This document shows, in pieces, positions 1 to 8,857 of a stretch of DNA of 32,000 nt. This DNA comes from an uncultured Acidobacteriota bacterium (GTDB taxonomy: Bacteria > Acidobacteriota > Blastocatellia > Pyrinomonadales > Pyrinomonadaceae): positions 5,272,444-5,304,443 of the forward strand of contig OY970193.1 in NCBI GenBank assembly GCA_963708055.1. The letters run 5' to 3'. The translations under genes and the position numbers were made by a program. Each line of letters starts with the position of its first letter. The first letter of the stretch is position 1. The notes below the pieces were generated by a model. The model saw only the letters and a program-made list of their open reading frames with translations, was not told the DNA's origin and searched no databases.

Positions 1-503
1 GCTATCCACTTCCTGACCTGGTCACAGAAATGCGCGCGTCGCTCTATCCTCATTTAGTACCAATCGCTAATCAATGGAACGAGGCGCTGAAAATTGACGT
101 GCGTTATCCAGCCGTTCATGCCGAATACCTTCGACGCTGTCATCAAGCCGGCCAGAATAAGCCAACGCCGCTGCTCCTGAAGTATGGACCAGGCGATTAC
201 AACTGCCTGCACCAGGATCTTTACGGCGAGCATATTTTCCCGCTCCAGATCGCAGTGCTTTTGTCAGAGCCCGAAAAGGATTTTACCGGCGGCGAGTTTG
301 TAATGACTGAACAACGGCCGCGTATGCAATCGCGGCCGATGGTTGTACCGCTGCGAAAAGGAGACGGCGTCGTCTTTGCGGTTCACCATCGTCCGGTGCA
401 AGGCAAGAAAAGTGTTTACCGGGTAAATTTGAGGCACGGTGTAAGTCGTCTACGTTCCGGCAGCCGGTTTACACTCGGGATAATTTTTCACGACGCGAGG
501 TGA
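1..503 (+). CDS. 2OG-Fe(II) oxygenase superfamily protein (prolyl-4-hydroxylase-like), 5'-partial
   Basis: The frame stays open back to the window start: ..YPLPDLVTE precedes the first Met at 30. The stop is at 501-503. Motifs are an HxD facial-triad motif 'HQDLYGE', 'DFTGGEF', and a distal His/Arg in '[10 protein letters not shown]'. This is the typical 2OG-FeII_Oxy pattern. The N-terminus probably lies outside the window. Confidence 0.8.
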   Translation, partial: YPLPDLVTEMRASLYPHLVPIANQWNEALKIDVRYPAVHAEYLRRCHQAGQNKPTPLLLKYGPGDYNCLHQDLYGEHIFPLQIAVLLSEPEKDFTGGEFVMTEQRPRMQSRPMVVPLRKGDGVVFAVHHRPVQGKKSVYRVNLRHGVSRLRSGSRFTLGIIFHDAR

Positions 504-616
504 AGCCGCTGATCTTTGGCTCCGAGATGTAATCTTCCTCTCCCAATCTTGTAAATTCTCAGAATCCTGTTCAGAATACGCCCGCGAGTAGAAATCGGGT
601 ACACCCCCATTCCCCT

Positions 617-3019
617 ATGATCGGGCAACTCCTCCTCCAGTATCGTATTGTCGAGAAGATCGGTGAAGGTGGACAGGGAACTGTTTACAAGGCCATCGAT
701 ACTTCGCTCGATCGTCCCGTAGTTATCAAAGTAATTCCGCCGGATCTGGCTGACAGAGCTTCGAACCTGGCCCGTTTTGAACGAGAGGCCAAGCTGGCGT
801 CATCGCTCGATCACCCAAATATCTGCACGATTTTTGGCCTGCACAAGGTCGACGACCTTCACTTCATCGCGATGCAGTATGTCGAAGGCCGCAACGTGCG
901 CCAGTTAGTCGGCGGGCAACCGCTGGATTTGCAGCGCGCGCTCTCAATCACGATCCAGGTGACTGACGCACTCGCAGCAGCGCACGGCCGCGGCATCGTT
1001 CATCGTGATATCAAAGCGCGCAACGTGATGGTGACGCGTTCCGGGTCTGTGAAAGTGCTCGATTTTGGACTCGCCAAGTTGATTGAGAGCCCGCACTCAG
1101 GTTCGAGCGATCCGCAACTCACGGAAGTCGGCGTGCCGTACGGAACCTCGACGTACGCCGCGCCCGAACAGGCGCAGGGCCTAAAAGCAGATCATCGCGC
1201 CGACATCTTTTCGACCGGCGTTCTGCTTTACGAGATGCTCGCGGGCACGTGGCCGTTTCGCGGCAAGACGGCTCTGGACGTGCGCTACGCCGTCGTTTAT
1301 CACCAGCCAAAAGCGATTGTCGAAGCGAGAGGTGAAGACTCTCCGGCCCTTCGTCGTGTTCAGGAGATTCTCGACAAAGCGCTCGCGAAAGATCCGGATG
1401 ATCGATATCAGAAGGTCGAAGACATGCGCGCCGATCTTCAGGAAGTGATGCGCGAGATTGAAATCGATAGCAGTTTCGGCAGTACTTTGACGGATGCACC
1501 AGTCGCGGCGGCTGTCAGTGAGACAAAAGCGGGATCTTTTTGGACCTCTTCGCGCGCAATCATCGCAATCGTTGCTGCATTTGCATTACTTGCCGCGATC
1601 TATTTGTTCGCTTTGCGCACGAATTCTCCGGCGGAGGCTGATTCTCCGATCAACTCGCTTGCGGTTTTGCCTTTCACCAACAGCGATCCAGGCAGCGAAT
1701 ATCTTTCTGACGGAATCACTGAGAGCCTGATCGATAGTCTGTCGCGAGTGCCGGATCTAAAAGTGAAATCCAGCACCACGGTGTTTCATTACAAAGGTCG
1801 CGAGAAAGATCCGAAGAAGATCGGGCGCGAGCTTGGTGTTCATGCGTTGCTTTCCGGCAGCGTTTCCCAGGTCGGCGATGATCTATCAGTCAGCGTGGAA
1901 TTGATTGACGTGCGCGACGATAGTCATATCTGGGGCGAACGTTACGGTCGCAAGGTTTCGGAAGTGGTGGCGTTGCCACAACAGATCTCACGCGAGGTGT
2001 CGCAAAGATTGCGCGCACGCGGCGAGAACATGGACCACGCGCAGTTAACGCGAAACTACTCGCCTGATTCGGAAGCGTATCGGCTGTATCTTCAGGGCCG
2101 CTACAACTGGAACAAAAGAACGGTTGACGGACTGAAAAACGGTATCGACTATTTCGGCAAAGCAATTCTGCGCGATCAGGATTACGCCCTTGCCTACGCC
2201 GGTCTTGCCGACTGCTATTTATTGCTCAACGTTTACAACGTGGCTTCGGCTGACGAATCTTTTCCAAAAGCCGAAGCCGCGTCGCGCAAGGCGTTATCAA
2301 TCAACGAGAGTTTGGCTGAAGCGCACACGGCTCTCGCGTTTGTCACTTATCGTTATCATCTGAAATGGACTGAAGCGGAGCAGCACTTCAAAAAAGCGAT
2401 CGCGCTCAACCCCAACTATGCAACGGCGCACCAGTGGTATGCGAGTTATCTTGCGGCCAGCGGACGATTGGAGGAGGCGGTAGTTGAAGCGAAGGCAGCG
2501 CATGAGCTAGAACCGTTTTCTTTGACGATCTACAGCGATTACATCCGCGGTTTGTATTATGCGGGCCGTCTTGACGAGGCCCGCAAGGAGTCGTTAAAAC
2601 TCATCGAAATGGATCAGAGCTTTGCGCGCGCGCGGTATGAACTGGGATTGATCCTTGAAGAGGAAGGCAAACTGGAAGAAGCGATCGTCGAATTCAAGAC
2701 GGCGGTTAAATCTTTGCCTGACAATGTTGCGGCTTTGACTGCGTTGGGCCATGCGCAGGCGGCAGCGGGAAAGAAAGCGGAGGCGGAGAAGATCATTCGC
2801 CGGCTCGAAGAACTGTCGAAACAGCAATACGTCTCGCCGTTTCAGATGGCAGTAGTTTATGCGGGGATGGACGAGCGCCGCCTCGCGCTTGATTGGTTGG
2901 AGAAGTCGCGCACCGAGCGTTTCAACTGGTTACCGTTTATAAAGGTCGATCCGGTGTTGAAAAACCTCCGCTCGGAGCCACGGTTTGTGGAGCTAGTGAA
3001 AAGTTTAAATCTGCAATAG
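617..3019 (+). CDS. Membrane-anchored Ser/Thr protein kinase with extracytoplasmic TolB-N-like module and TPR repeats
   Basis: ATG at 617, TAG at 3017-3019. Hanks kinase motifs: G-loop 'GEGGQGTVYKA', 'VVIK' Lys, 'HRDIKARNVM', 'DFG', 'APE'. One hydrophobic helix 'AIIAIVAAFALLAAIYLFAL' follows. After it come 'LAVLPFTNSDPGSEYLSDGITESLI' and several TPR-like repeats ('AYAGLADCYL', 'AHTALAFVTY', 'AHQWYASYL', 'ARYELGLILEE'). Confidence 0.95.
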   Translation: MIGQLLLQYRIVEKIGEGGQGTVYKAIDTSLDRPVVIKVIPPDLADRASNLARFEREAKLASSLDHPNICTIFGLHKVDDLHFIAMQYVEGRNVRQLVGGQPLDLQRALSITIQVTDALAAAHGRGIVHRDIKARNVMVTRSGSVKVLDFGLAKLIESPHSGSSDPQLTEVGVPYGTSTYAAPEQAQGLKADHRADIFSTGVLLYEMLAGTWPFRGKTALDVRYAVVYHQPKAIVEARGEDSPALRRVQEILDKALAKDPDDRYQKVEDMRADLQEVMREIEIDSSFGSTLTDAPVAAAVSETKAGSFWTSSRAIIAIVAAFALLAAIYLFALRTNSPAEADSPINSLAVLPFTNSDPGSEYLSDGITESLIDSLSRVPDLKVKSSTTVFHYKGREKDPKKIGRELGVHALLSGSVSQVGDDLSVSVELIDVRDDSHIWGERYGRKVSEVVALPQQISREVSQRLRARGENMDHAQLTRNYSPDSEAYRLYLQGRYNWNKRTVDGLKNGIDYFGKAILRDQDYALAYAGLADCYLLLNVYNVASADESFPKAEAASRKALSINESLAEAHTALAFVTYRYHLKWTEAEQHFKKAIALNPNYATAHQWYASYLAASGRLEEAVVEAKAAHELEPFSLTIYSDYIRGLYYAGRLDEARKESLKLIEMDQSFARARYELGLILEEEGKLEEAIVEFKTAVKSLPDNVAALTALGHAQAAAGKKAEAEKIIRRLEELSKQQYVSPFQMAVVYAGMDERRLALDWLEKSRTERFNWLPFIKVDPVLKNLRSEPRFVELVKSLNLQ

Positions 3020-3022
3020 TGG

Positions 3023-3133
3023 TTGTAGGGGCGGCCCTCCGTGGCCGCCCTAGTGTGCGAACTTCTTTGTCTCCCCCAGGTGAGACGATTTTGAGTTCCA
3101 GACTAGGGCGGCCACGGAGGGCCGCCCCTACAA
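3023..3133. repeat. GC-rich perfect 31-bp inverted repeat (REP/MITE-like) with nested hairpins
   Basis: Arm 3023-3053 'TTGTAGGGGCGGCCCTCCGTGGCCGCCCTAG' is the exact reverse complement of arm 3103-3133. The spacer is 49 nt. Each arm is itself a small palindrome (GGGCGGCC...GGCCGCCC). It sits between the kinase stop and the hydrolase start. The track ORF 2893-3171 ('GRPRRAAPT') is a translation artefact of this repeat. Confidence 0.9.
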
Positions 3134-3170
3134 CGATTATTGGAAATTTAGTTTCGGGAGAAAAATATTG

Positions 3171-4868
3171 ATGGTTTCACGTCGTAGGTTTATTTCGGGT
3201 ACCGCCAAGGCGGCGGTGGCGGTGACGCTGTTGCGGTCAACAGGGGTGGTGAATGCGTTCTCGCAGTCCGCGGCGATACAGCCTGTGTTTGCGCGGCTGG
3301 ATGAATTTATTGCGCGTCACATGCGTGAGACAGGCGCGCCGGGAATGACACTGGCGCTGGCCAATCGCGACGGTTTGATCCGTGCTTCGACGTATGGTTT
3401 TGCCGATACCAAAGCCGGTCTGCGCGTGGTTCCGGAAACGATGTTTGAGATTGGATCGATTTCGAAATCGTTTGTCGGCCTCGTCCTTTTGCAATTACAC
3501 GATGAAGGAAAACTCGACCTCAATAAACCGATCGTTGAGTATCTGCCGTGGTTAAAGATCAACTCGAAATACCAGGCGCTCACCACACATCACATTCTTA
3601 GTCACACCGGTGGACTACCGGGCGCACCATTGTTGCTTGACGCTCTCCTCAGCGAACTTTGGACCGGCTACGAGCCCGGCAAACGATTTCTTTATTCAAA
3701 CACCGGTTACAACATTCTCGGTTTTCTGATCGAGGCGCTTGATAAACGACCTTTTGCCGAGGCGATGCGCGCGCGCATGCTGGTGCCGCTTGGGATGACG
3801 GCGAGCTCGCCTATCATCACGAACGATCTGCGCAAATACATGGCCGTTGGATATGAACCGTTAACCGAAGGCAAGCCGTATCCGCTTCATGGACCACTCG
3901 GGGAAGCGCAATGGCTCGAAGTCGATATCGCTGCCGGCAGTATCGCTTCGACGCCGGCTGACATGGCGAAATACATTCGCATGCTGCTGAATCGAGGCGT
4001 CTTACCGAAAGGGCGTTTGATCTCTGAAGAGGCGTTCAAGCTCTTTACGAAACCGGTCGTCAACTCACCTTATCGCGGTGAAGCTGCGTCGTACAGCTAC
4101 GGACTTTTTGTGAGCGAGATTGATGGTCATCAACGCTTGCGCCACACCGGCGGGATGGTTGCTTTCAGCTCGGCACTCGACGTCGATGTGACGTCAGGTG
4201 TCGGCGCTTTTGCTTCAGTGAATGCTAACCTGCGTGGTTACCGCCCGGTTGCAGTAACGAAATACGCTCTCGATCTTTTCAATGCGTCGTTCGCCGGCAA
4301 GTCGCTTCCCGATCCGCCGCCACCGCCGCCTGCCCCCGACGAAACACCGAACGCGGCAGATTACGCCGGCGTTTTCACGTCAACCGATGGCAAGAAGATC
4401 GAACTCGTCGCCGAAGGCAAAAAACTGATTCTCGTGCACGCCAATCGTCGCGTGGTGTTGGAACGCAGCGGCGGCGATCGATTTATCGTGAAGCATCCTG
4501 ATTTTGAAACGTTCCTGCTTGGGTTTGTTCGTGAGAACCAGCGCGTGACGCAGGCGTTTCATGGTCCAAACTGGTATCTGACTGAGAAATACAAAGGTCC
4601 AAAAACTTTCGAAACCAAGAAAGAGTGGGAAGGCTACGCAGGTCACTTCACCAACGATAGTGCCTGGTATGGAGACACGCGTGTCGTGTTGCGCAATGGC
4701 CAACTATTTCTCGACGGCGTACAGCCACTCGTGCCGCGTGACGACGGCAAGTTTGGTCTCGGCGAGCCTGACGGACCAGATTGGGTGAGATTTGAAACGT
4801 TAGTGGATGGTCGTGCGATGCGGCTCAATCTTTCGGGGATCATCTTCCGCCGCGTCTTTACGCCTTAG
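3171..4868 (+). CDS. Serine hydrolase, class C beta-lactamase / PBP-like family, Tat-exported, with C-terminal extra domain
   Basis: ATG at 3171; the track start 3168 is a TTG one codon upstream. GGGAG lies 10 nt upstream. Twin-arginine signal 'SRRRFISGTAKAAVAV'. Catalytic motifs are S-x-x-K 'GSISKSF', Y-x-N 'LYSNTGY', and the KTG-equivalent 'RHTGG'. A proline-rich linker 'DPPPPPPAPDE' precedes a C-terminal domain of about 170 aa. Confidence 0.9.
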   Translation: MVSRRRFISGTAKAAVAVTLLRSTGVVNAFSQSAAIQPVFARLDEFIARHMRETGAPGMTLALANRDGLIRASTYGFADTKAGLRVVPETMFEIGSISKSFVGLVLLQLHDEGKLDLNKPIVEYLPWLKINSKYQALTTHHILSHTGGLPGAPLLLDALLSELWTGYEPGKRFLYSNTGYNILGFLIEALDKRPFAEAMRARMLVPLGMTASSPIITNDLRKYMAVGYEPLTEGKPYPLHGPLGEAQWLEVDIAAGSIASTPADMAKYIRMLLNRGVLPKGRLISEEAFKLFTKPVVNSPYRGEAASYSYGLFVSEIDGHQRLRHTGGMVAFSSALDVDVTSGVGAFASVNANLRGYRPVAVTKYALDLFNASFAGKSLPDPPPPPPAPDETPNAADYAGVFTSTDGKKIELVAEGKKLILVHANRRVVLERSGGDRFIVKHPDFETFLLGFVRENQRVTQAFHGPNWYLTEKYKGPKTFETKKEWEGYAGHFTNDSAWYGDTRVVLRNGQLFLDGVQPLVPRDDGKFGLGEPDGPDWVRFETLVDGRAMRLNLSGIIFRRVFTP

Positions 4869-4871
4869 CCA

Positions 4872-4922
4872 GTCCACTAGATTACACAGATTAATTAGAA
4901 AAAATCTGTGTAATCCGTGGAC
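4872..4922. repeat. Palindromic 'GGATTACACAGAT' element (REP-like, possible bidirectional terminator) between convergent genes
   Basis: 'GTCCACTAGATTACACAGATT' (4872-4892) pairs with 'AATCTGTGTAATCCGTGGAC' (4903-4922). The stem is about 20 bp with one bulge, and the loop is AATTAGAAAA. No U-tract follows on either strand. It is related to the element at 20487-20558. Confidence 0.7.
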
Positions 4923-6070
4923 TACATTAATAGTGCTTCAACCCTATGGGCATGGACCATTTCTTCACATGGTGACCAGGCGAAGACCGTAAATCGTCCG
5001 TCCTGCGAAGCTACCAGCGCGAGCGCATCACGTTGATCGTGCACAAACTGGGCTGCCGAGAGATGACGCGTGCCGCCATGCTCGGTTGGTTGGACCACGA
5101 TCGGAAGATTCCCGACGACCGGTTCGGTGATCACCCATTTATCCACCGGTGGATGACCTTCGGGCCGGCGAATCTTCGCTCCAAATGCCAGCACTTCATA
5201 TCGATCGTCGATGACGGTAGCGCCATCAACGGCCGTCAGTCCGCCAATCGTATCGACCGATCGTCGCACCGCGCTTTCCCACTGCCGCCGATCTTCGGCT
5301 TCGACTTCCTGACGCAGTAATTCCGAGAGTGCTGAAAAAGCCGGAGTAATCGAGTAAAGAATGGGTTGTGCGATCGAATCGCGCCAGCTCTCGCTGCCCT
5401 TTGGGACGACCAGCAACGTTCCACCATGTCCCTGAGCCCGCATCGACGCACTCAGTTGGACCAGCATGTTGAGCGAATGATGCGGGCCATTCGTAGCCGC
5501 CGCCGTAAAAGCCAGCAGGGCTTTCAGCAACGCCGGACAATCAGGCAAACTCGTGCCTTTCTCATCAATGACTTTGACCTGTTCGCCCTTGAGTACGGCG
5601 ACGTTTGCATACTTGCCAAAACCATCCAAACGACGATGTTTGACGACGAGCAAACCCGGTTCGATATCTTCGAGCACAAAACAAAAACTCGGAATAGTTC
5701 GCGTGGCGCCCCACACTCGTAATTCTTCGCCCTGGTTCCAAACGCCGAGATGAATCTCAGGACGCTCGACCGCGGGCGCGAGTTTGGTCAGCACGGCTGC
5801 AGTCAACGGCAGTGGATGTTCAAAAAGCATCGGCTGTCGCGCTTGTTCGGGCGGCAAGTATGCGAGGGAGATTTTGGGGAACCGACCCTCCTCAGGTCGA
5901 AAGCTGGCCCAGAATGTCGCATTGATAATCGCCGCGATCGACTTTGCATCCGGTTGTGGCGCCAGACCGTCCTGGCCCAGCCGTCGCGCTTCCGCGAGGT
6001 GGCGCGCGAAGTGCGCTTCCACAAGCGGCGCGACGGTGGCGGCGGCTTGATAGGTTGGATTCGTGCTCAT
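4922..6070 (-). CDS. Uncharacterised protein with C-terminal DisA_N/DAC (diadenylate-cyclase-fold)-like domain
   Basis: ATG at 6070-6068, TAG at 4924-4922. The C-terminal third carries the ordered DAC-like motifs 'GHGGTLLVV' (cf. GALIVI), 'AVDGATVID' (DGA motif) and 'HGGTRHLSAAQ...ALALVASQDGRFTVFA' (cf. GTRHRAA...VSEETG). The N-terminal roughly 200 aa have no motif I recognise. The gene starts 3 nt after the VOC gene stop. Confidence 0.7.
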   Translation of the reverse strand: MSTNPTYQAAATVAPLVEAHFARHLAEARRLGQDGLAPQPDAKSIAAIINATFWASFRPEEGRFPKISLAYLPPEQARQPMLFEHPLPLTAAVLTKLAPAVERPEIHLGVWNQGEELRVWGATRTIPSFCFVLEDIEPGLLVVKHRRLDGFGKYANVAVLKGEQVKVIDEKGTSLPDCPALLKALLAFTAAATNGPHHSLNMLVQLSASMRAQGHGGTLLVVPKGSESWRDSIAQPILYSITPAFSALSELLRQEVEAEDRRQWESAVRRSVDTIGGLTAVDGATVIDDRYEVLAFGAKIRRPEGHPPVDKWVITEPVVGNLPIVVQPTEHGGTRHLSAAQFVHDQRDALALVASQDGRFTVFAWSPCEEMVHAHRVEALLM

Positions 6071-6073
6071 AAT

Positions 6074-6481
6074 TTACTTGCCGGTAAACAGCGTCTTCTC
6101 GTCGACGAAGCAGAGACCGTTACCCCACGGATCGTGCACGTAAAAAGAGCGTTCACCCCAGGGCCGTGTGACGAGATCGCCGGCGCTTGCGCCATGCACG
6201 TCTTCCGTCGAGAGACACTGCAACTCGCGCGCGCGTTCGTGCACAGCTTCAACATCGCCGACAGCAAAGTAGATGTAATCAGGCAGCGGTACTGGTAACA
6301 GCCCGGGAATGTTTTCTCCGTTGACGTCGACAAGGGCGAGAATTACCGGCCCGCAATCGATGTAATGACGCGAAGCGCGCGGAATCCGGCGCCCGCGATC
6401 GCCCAGCAGCTTGCCGTAAAATTCTTCCGCCTTGTCGAGATTGTCCACTTGCAGAATGATCCGGTAGAGTGTTGGCGCCAT
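6074..6481 (-). CDS. VOC family protein (glyoxalase / bleomycin-resistance / dioxygenase fold)
   Basis: ATG at 6481-6479, TAA at 6076-6074. The N-terminus 'LYRIILQVDNLDKAEEFYGKLLG' and the C-terminus 'RPWGERSFYVHDPWGNGLCF' match the paired beta-alpha-beta-beta-beta glyoxalase-fold pattern. Confidence 0.85.
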   Translation of the reverse strand: MAPTLYRIILQVDNLDKAEEFYGKLLGDRGRRIPRASRHYIDCGPVILALVDVNGENIPGLLPVPLPDYIYFAVGDVEAVHERARELQCLSTEDVHGASAGDLVTRPWGERSFYVHDPWGNGLCFVDEKTLFTGK

Positions 6482-6518
6482 TTCAGTTCCTTTCGACGTT
6501 TGTCACAGATTAACGCAG

Positions 6519-6890
6519 ATGAGGACGGATATAAAACGCGAGCCGTTTCCCTTTGTAATTGATGAGTTACAGCCGATTCGACCGCGGGTGAAGCGCGCTT
6601 TTGGCTTCACGTATGTCTATCTGGAAGAAAAACTGCTTTGTGGATTGCGTGATAGTGAGAAGATGCCGTCGACAAACGGGCTGTGGTTGTTTACGACTAC
6701 CGCGGACGTCGATAGTCTCGGCCGCGAGTTTCCGGATCTGCCGCGTCGTTATCTTTGGCGTTCGAAAGAAAAAGCGTGGGTGATTCTTCCTTCGCGACTC
6801 GAGTCGTTTGAGGAGTACGCCTTCAAGGCGTGCGAGTTGATGTTGAATGGCGACCGGCGCATCGGACGGCTGACGCGCGCGAATGGCTAA
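6519..6890 (+). CDS. Hypothetical protein, TfoX-N-like
   Basis: 123-aa ORF with ATG at 6519. 'RVKRAFGFTYVYLEEKLLCGLRD' resembles the TfoX N-terminal pattern (R-x-MFGG-x-G-x-Y-x-x-G-x-x-F). The function assignment is weak. The start overlaps half of a 'CACAGAT/ACGGAT' repeat. Confidence 0.55.
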   Translation: MRTDIKREPFPFVIDELQPIRPRVKRAFGFTYVYLEEKLLCGLRDSEKMPSTNGLWLFTTTADVDSLGREFPDLPRRYLWRSKEKAWVILPSRLESFEEYAFKACELMLNGDRRIGRLTRANG

Positions 6891-6914
6891 ACGAAAATTT
6901 TGGAGCTCCCCCCA

Positions 6915-7577
6915 ATGGACAAACATGAACCTGAATCCGGTCTGAGTTTCGAGCGAGTTGTATTCTTCAGCGATGCGGTGTTTGCAATTGTGATCACGCT
7001 GCTGGTGCTCGAACTCAAAGTTCCTCACATTACCGAGCACACCGAACCGGCCTTGCGACACGCGTTGGTTGAACTACTGCCACGCGTGGCGGGCTTTGTG
7101 GTCAGCTTTTTGATCGTCGGACTGATGTGGATCGAGCATCATCGCATCTTTCGTTACATCGAGGATTACGATGCTGGTTTGCTGTGGCGCAATCTCATAT
7201 TGCTGCTCTGCGTGTCGTTTGTGCCATTTCCGACTGCGCTCTTCAGTGAGAATTTTTGGAGTCGGACGGCGTTTATTCTTTACACGGCAAGTTTTGGCGG
7301 CGTGGCGACGGCGAAACTGTTTATCTGGCGTCATGCGCTGAAGGCAAACTTGCTGAAGGCGAATGTTGATGCGGCGTTGCAGAGTCGGATTGCACGACGC
7401 TCGCTCGCGGTGCCATTGGCTTGTGCAGTGGCGATTGGATTGAGTTTGATTAGCATCTTTATTGCGCCGCTCGCGTTTATGTTGATTCCGGTGCTGGCGA
7501 AAGTGCTCGATCCGACGACGAAGAAAAATGATCCGAAACCGAGCTCCGCTAATGAGGAGGCAGCGGGCGTGAATTAA
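6915..7577 (+). CDS. TMEM175 / DUF1211 family potassium channel
   Basis: ATG at 6915 with GGAG 9 nt upstream; the track start 6900 is a TTG. The signature 'ERVVFFSDAVFAIVITLLVLEL' (RxxxFSD on TM1) is present, with about 6 hydrophobic helices. Confidence 0.85.
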   Translation: MDKHEPESGLSFERVVFFSDAVFAIVITLLVLELKVPHITEHTEPALRHALVELLPRVAGFVVSFLIVGLMWIEHHRIFRYIEDYDAGLLWRNLILLLCVSFVPFPTALFSENFWSRTAFILYTASFGGVATAKLFIWRHALKANLLKANVDAALQSRIARRSLAVPLACAVAIGLSLISIFIAPLAFMLIPVLAKVLDPTTKKNDPKPSSANEEAAGVN

Positions 7578-7656
7578 GTTTTCTCACGCGGCGTCGCAAC
7601 GGCGCAGCGGAAGACAATGGTTAACGTTGCGTCGTTGTGCCGCTGTGAGAGAAAAC
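7578..7656 (+). terminator. Long imperfect hairpin after the TMEM175-like gene (possible terminator or REP)
   Basis: 'GTTTTCTCACGCGGCGTCGCAACG' (7578-7601) pairs imperfectly with 'CGTTGCGTCGTTGTGCCGCTGTGAGAGAAAAC' (7625-7656). It begins 1 nt after the stop. No U-tract follows, so terminator function is uncertain. Confidence 0.35.
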
Positions 7657-7679
7657 AAACTGAAGGTGGTTTACTTTTA

Positions 7680-8171
7680 ATGGCTGAACAAATACCGGTG
7701 GAACGTTTCAAAAAGGCCCTGCTCGCTTGTCTCGACGAAACATTTTCGCAAGTTCGCGGAATCTATCTCGATAAAGGCACGACGTTGTACGAAACACTCG
7801 ATAGCGTTTCGGCTGAGGAGGCATCACGCGTGATATCTCCCAAATCCGCGACCATCGCGGCGCAGGTTGAGCACACGAGATTTTATCTTGATGTTCTCGA
7901 CGACTACATGCGCACCGGCGTGGATAAAACGAACAACTGGCGCGAGATCTGGGAGACGGTTTCCACCGTGACACCCGAACAATGGGAAGACATCAAGCGC
8001 CGTTTGCGGCAGAGTCACGAGCGTGTGATGGAGATGATCAACTCCTTCGAAGCGTGGGAAGGCAAGTACGATATAGCCGGCGCTTTATCGATACTCGTTC
8101 ACACCGCCTACCACCTCGGCGGAATTCGATTGACCCTCGGCGTAATCAGGGCGGAAGAAAAATCGGCGTAA
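7680..8171 (+). CDS. DinB-superfamily (DinB_2-like) four-helix-bundle protein
   Basis: The preferred start is ATG 7680, with GAAGGTGG about 10 nt upstream. The track start 7617 lies inside the upstream hairpin. His-containing helices 'QVEHTRFYLDVL' and 'LVHTAYHLGGI' are typical of the DinB/YfiT metal triad. Confidence 0.7.
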   Translation: MAEQIPVERFKKALLACLDETFSQVRGIYLDKGTTLYETLDSVSAEEASRVISPKSATIAAQVEHTRFYLDVLDDYMRTGVDKTNNWREIWETVSTVTPEQWEDIKRRLRQSHERVMEMINSFEAWEGKYDIAGALSILVHTAYHLGGIRLTLGVIRAEEKSA

Positions 8172-8182
8172 TTTGTGGACTG

Positions 8183-8842
8183 ATGGAAGATCATATCGAA
8201 GCCCTCGCGGAAACACTCTGGAACTACCACTTAATGAAGCACGAACTCGCGAAGGCTGATGCGATCCTGGTGCTTTGCAGTCACGATGAGCGAGTTGCGG
8301 AAAGGGCCGCTCAATTATTTCTCGATGGTTGGGCGCCGCTGGTCATTTTTTCCGGTGGACATGGTGCAATCACCAAACGATTGTGGGATGAACCCGAAGC
8401 AGAGCGATTCGCGCGCATCGCCGTGAGTTTGAATGTTCCTCGTGAACATATCCTGGTTGAACCAAATTCGACTAACACCGGCGAGAACGTTGAATTCACG
8501 AAGAGACTGCTGGCGGAACTTGGTCTTGATCCGCACAAGTTTATTCTGGTGCAGAAACCTTACATGGAGCGGCGTGCGTTTGCCACGTTTCGCAAACTCT
8601 GGCCCGAGAAGGAATTGATTGTAACTTCGCCGCAGGTGTCTTTTCGCGACTATCTGGAGGAGTATGCAAATCGCTCGCTCTCGCCGACGGATGTTATCGG
8701 TATAATGGTCGGCGATCTTCAGCGGATAAAAGTCTATCCCGCTCGTGGGTTTCAGATCGCACAAGAGATTCCGGACGACGTGTGGCGAGCATTCGAAGGA
8801 CTAGTGCGTGCCGGTTACGATCAGTATTTAATTCAGAACTGA
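8183..8842 (+). CDS. YdcF / DUF218 (ElyC/SanA-like) family protein
   Basis: The preferred start is ATG 8183 ('MEDHIEAL'). The 67-codon upstream extension in the track overlaps the DinB-like gene. Motifs: 'ADAILVLCSHD', 'LVIFSGGHG', 'NSTNTGENV'. Confidence 0.8.
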   Translation: MEDHIEALAETLWNYHLMKHELAKADAILVLCSHDERVAERAAQLFLDGWAPLVIFSGGHGAITKRLWDEPEAERFARIAVSLNVPREHILVEPNSTNTGENVEFTKRLLAELGLDPHKFILVQKPYMERRAFATFRKLWPEKELIVTSPQVSFRDYLEEYANRSLSPTDVIGIMVGDLQRIKVYPARGFQIAQEIPDDVWRAFEGLVRAGYDQYLIQN

Positions 8843-8857
8843 ATGAGGTGAAGCTGA

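Noticed and set aside
3054-3102. Small ORF or ncRNA in the spacer of the GC-rich inverted repeat, and track ORF 2893-3171
   Set aside because: The 92-aa ORF reads straight through both repeat arms (VGAALRGRP...GRPRRAAPT) and overlaps the kinase 3' end. This is typical of repeat-derived spurious peptides.
7982-8182. 67-codon N-terminal extension of the YdcF/DUF218 ORF
   Set aside because: It overlaps the 3' end of the DinB-like gene in another frame and is Arg-rich nonsense. The conserved DUF218 sequence begins at ATG 8183.
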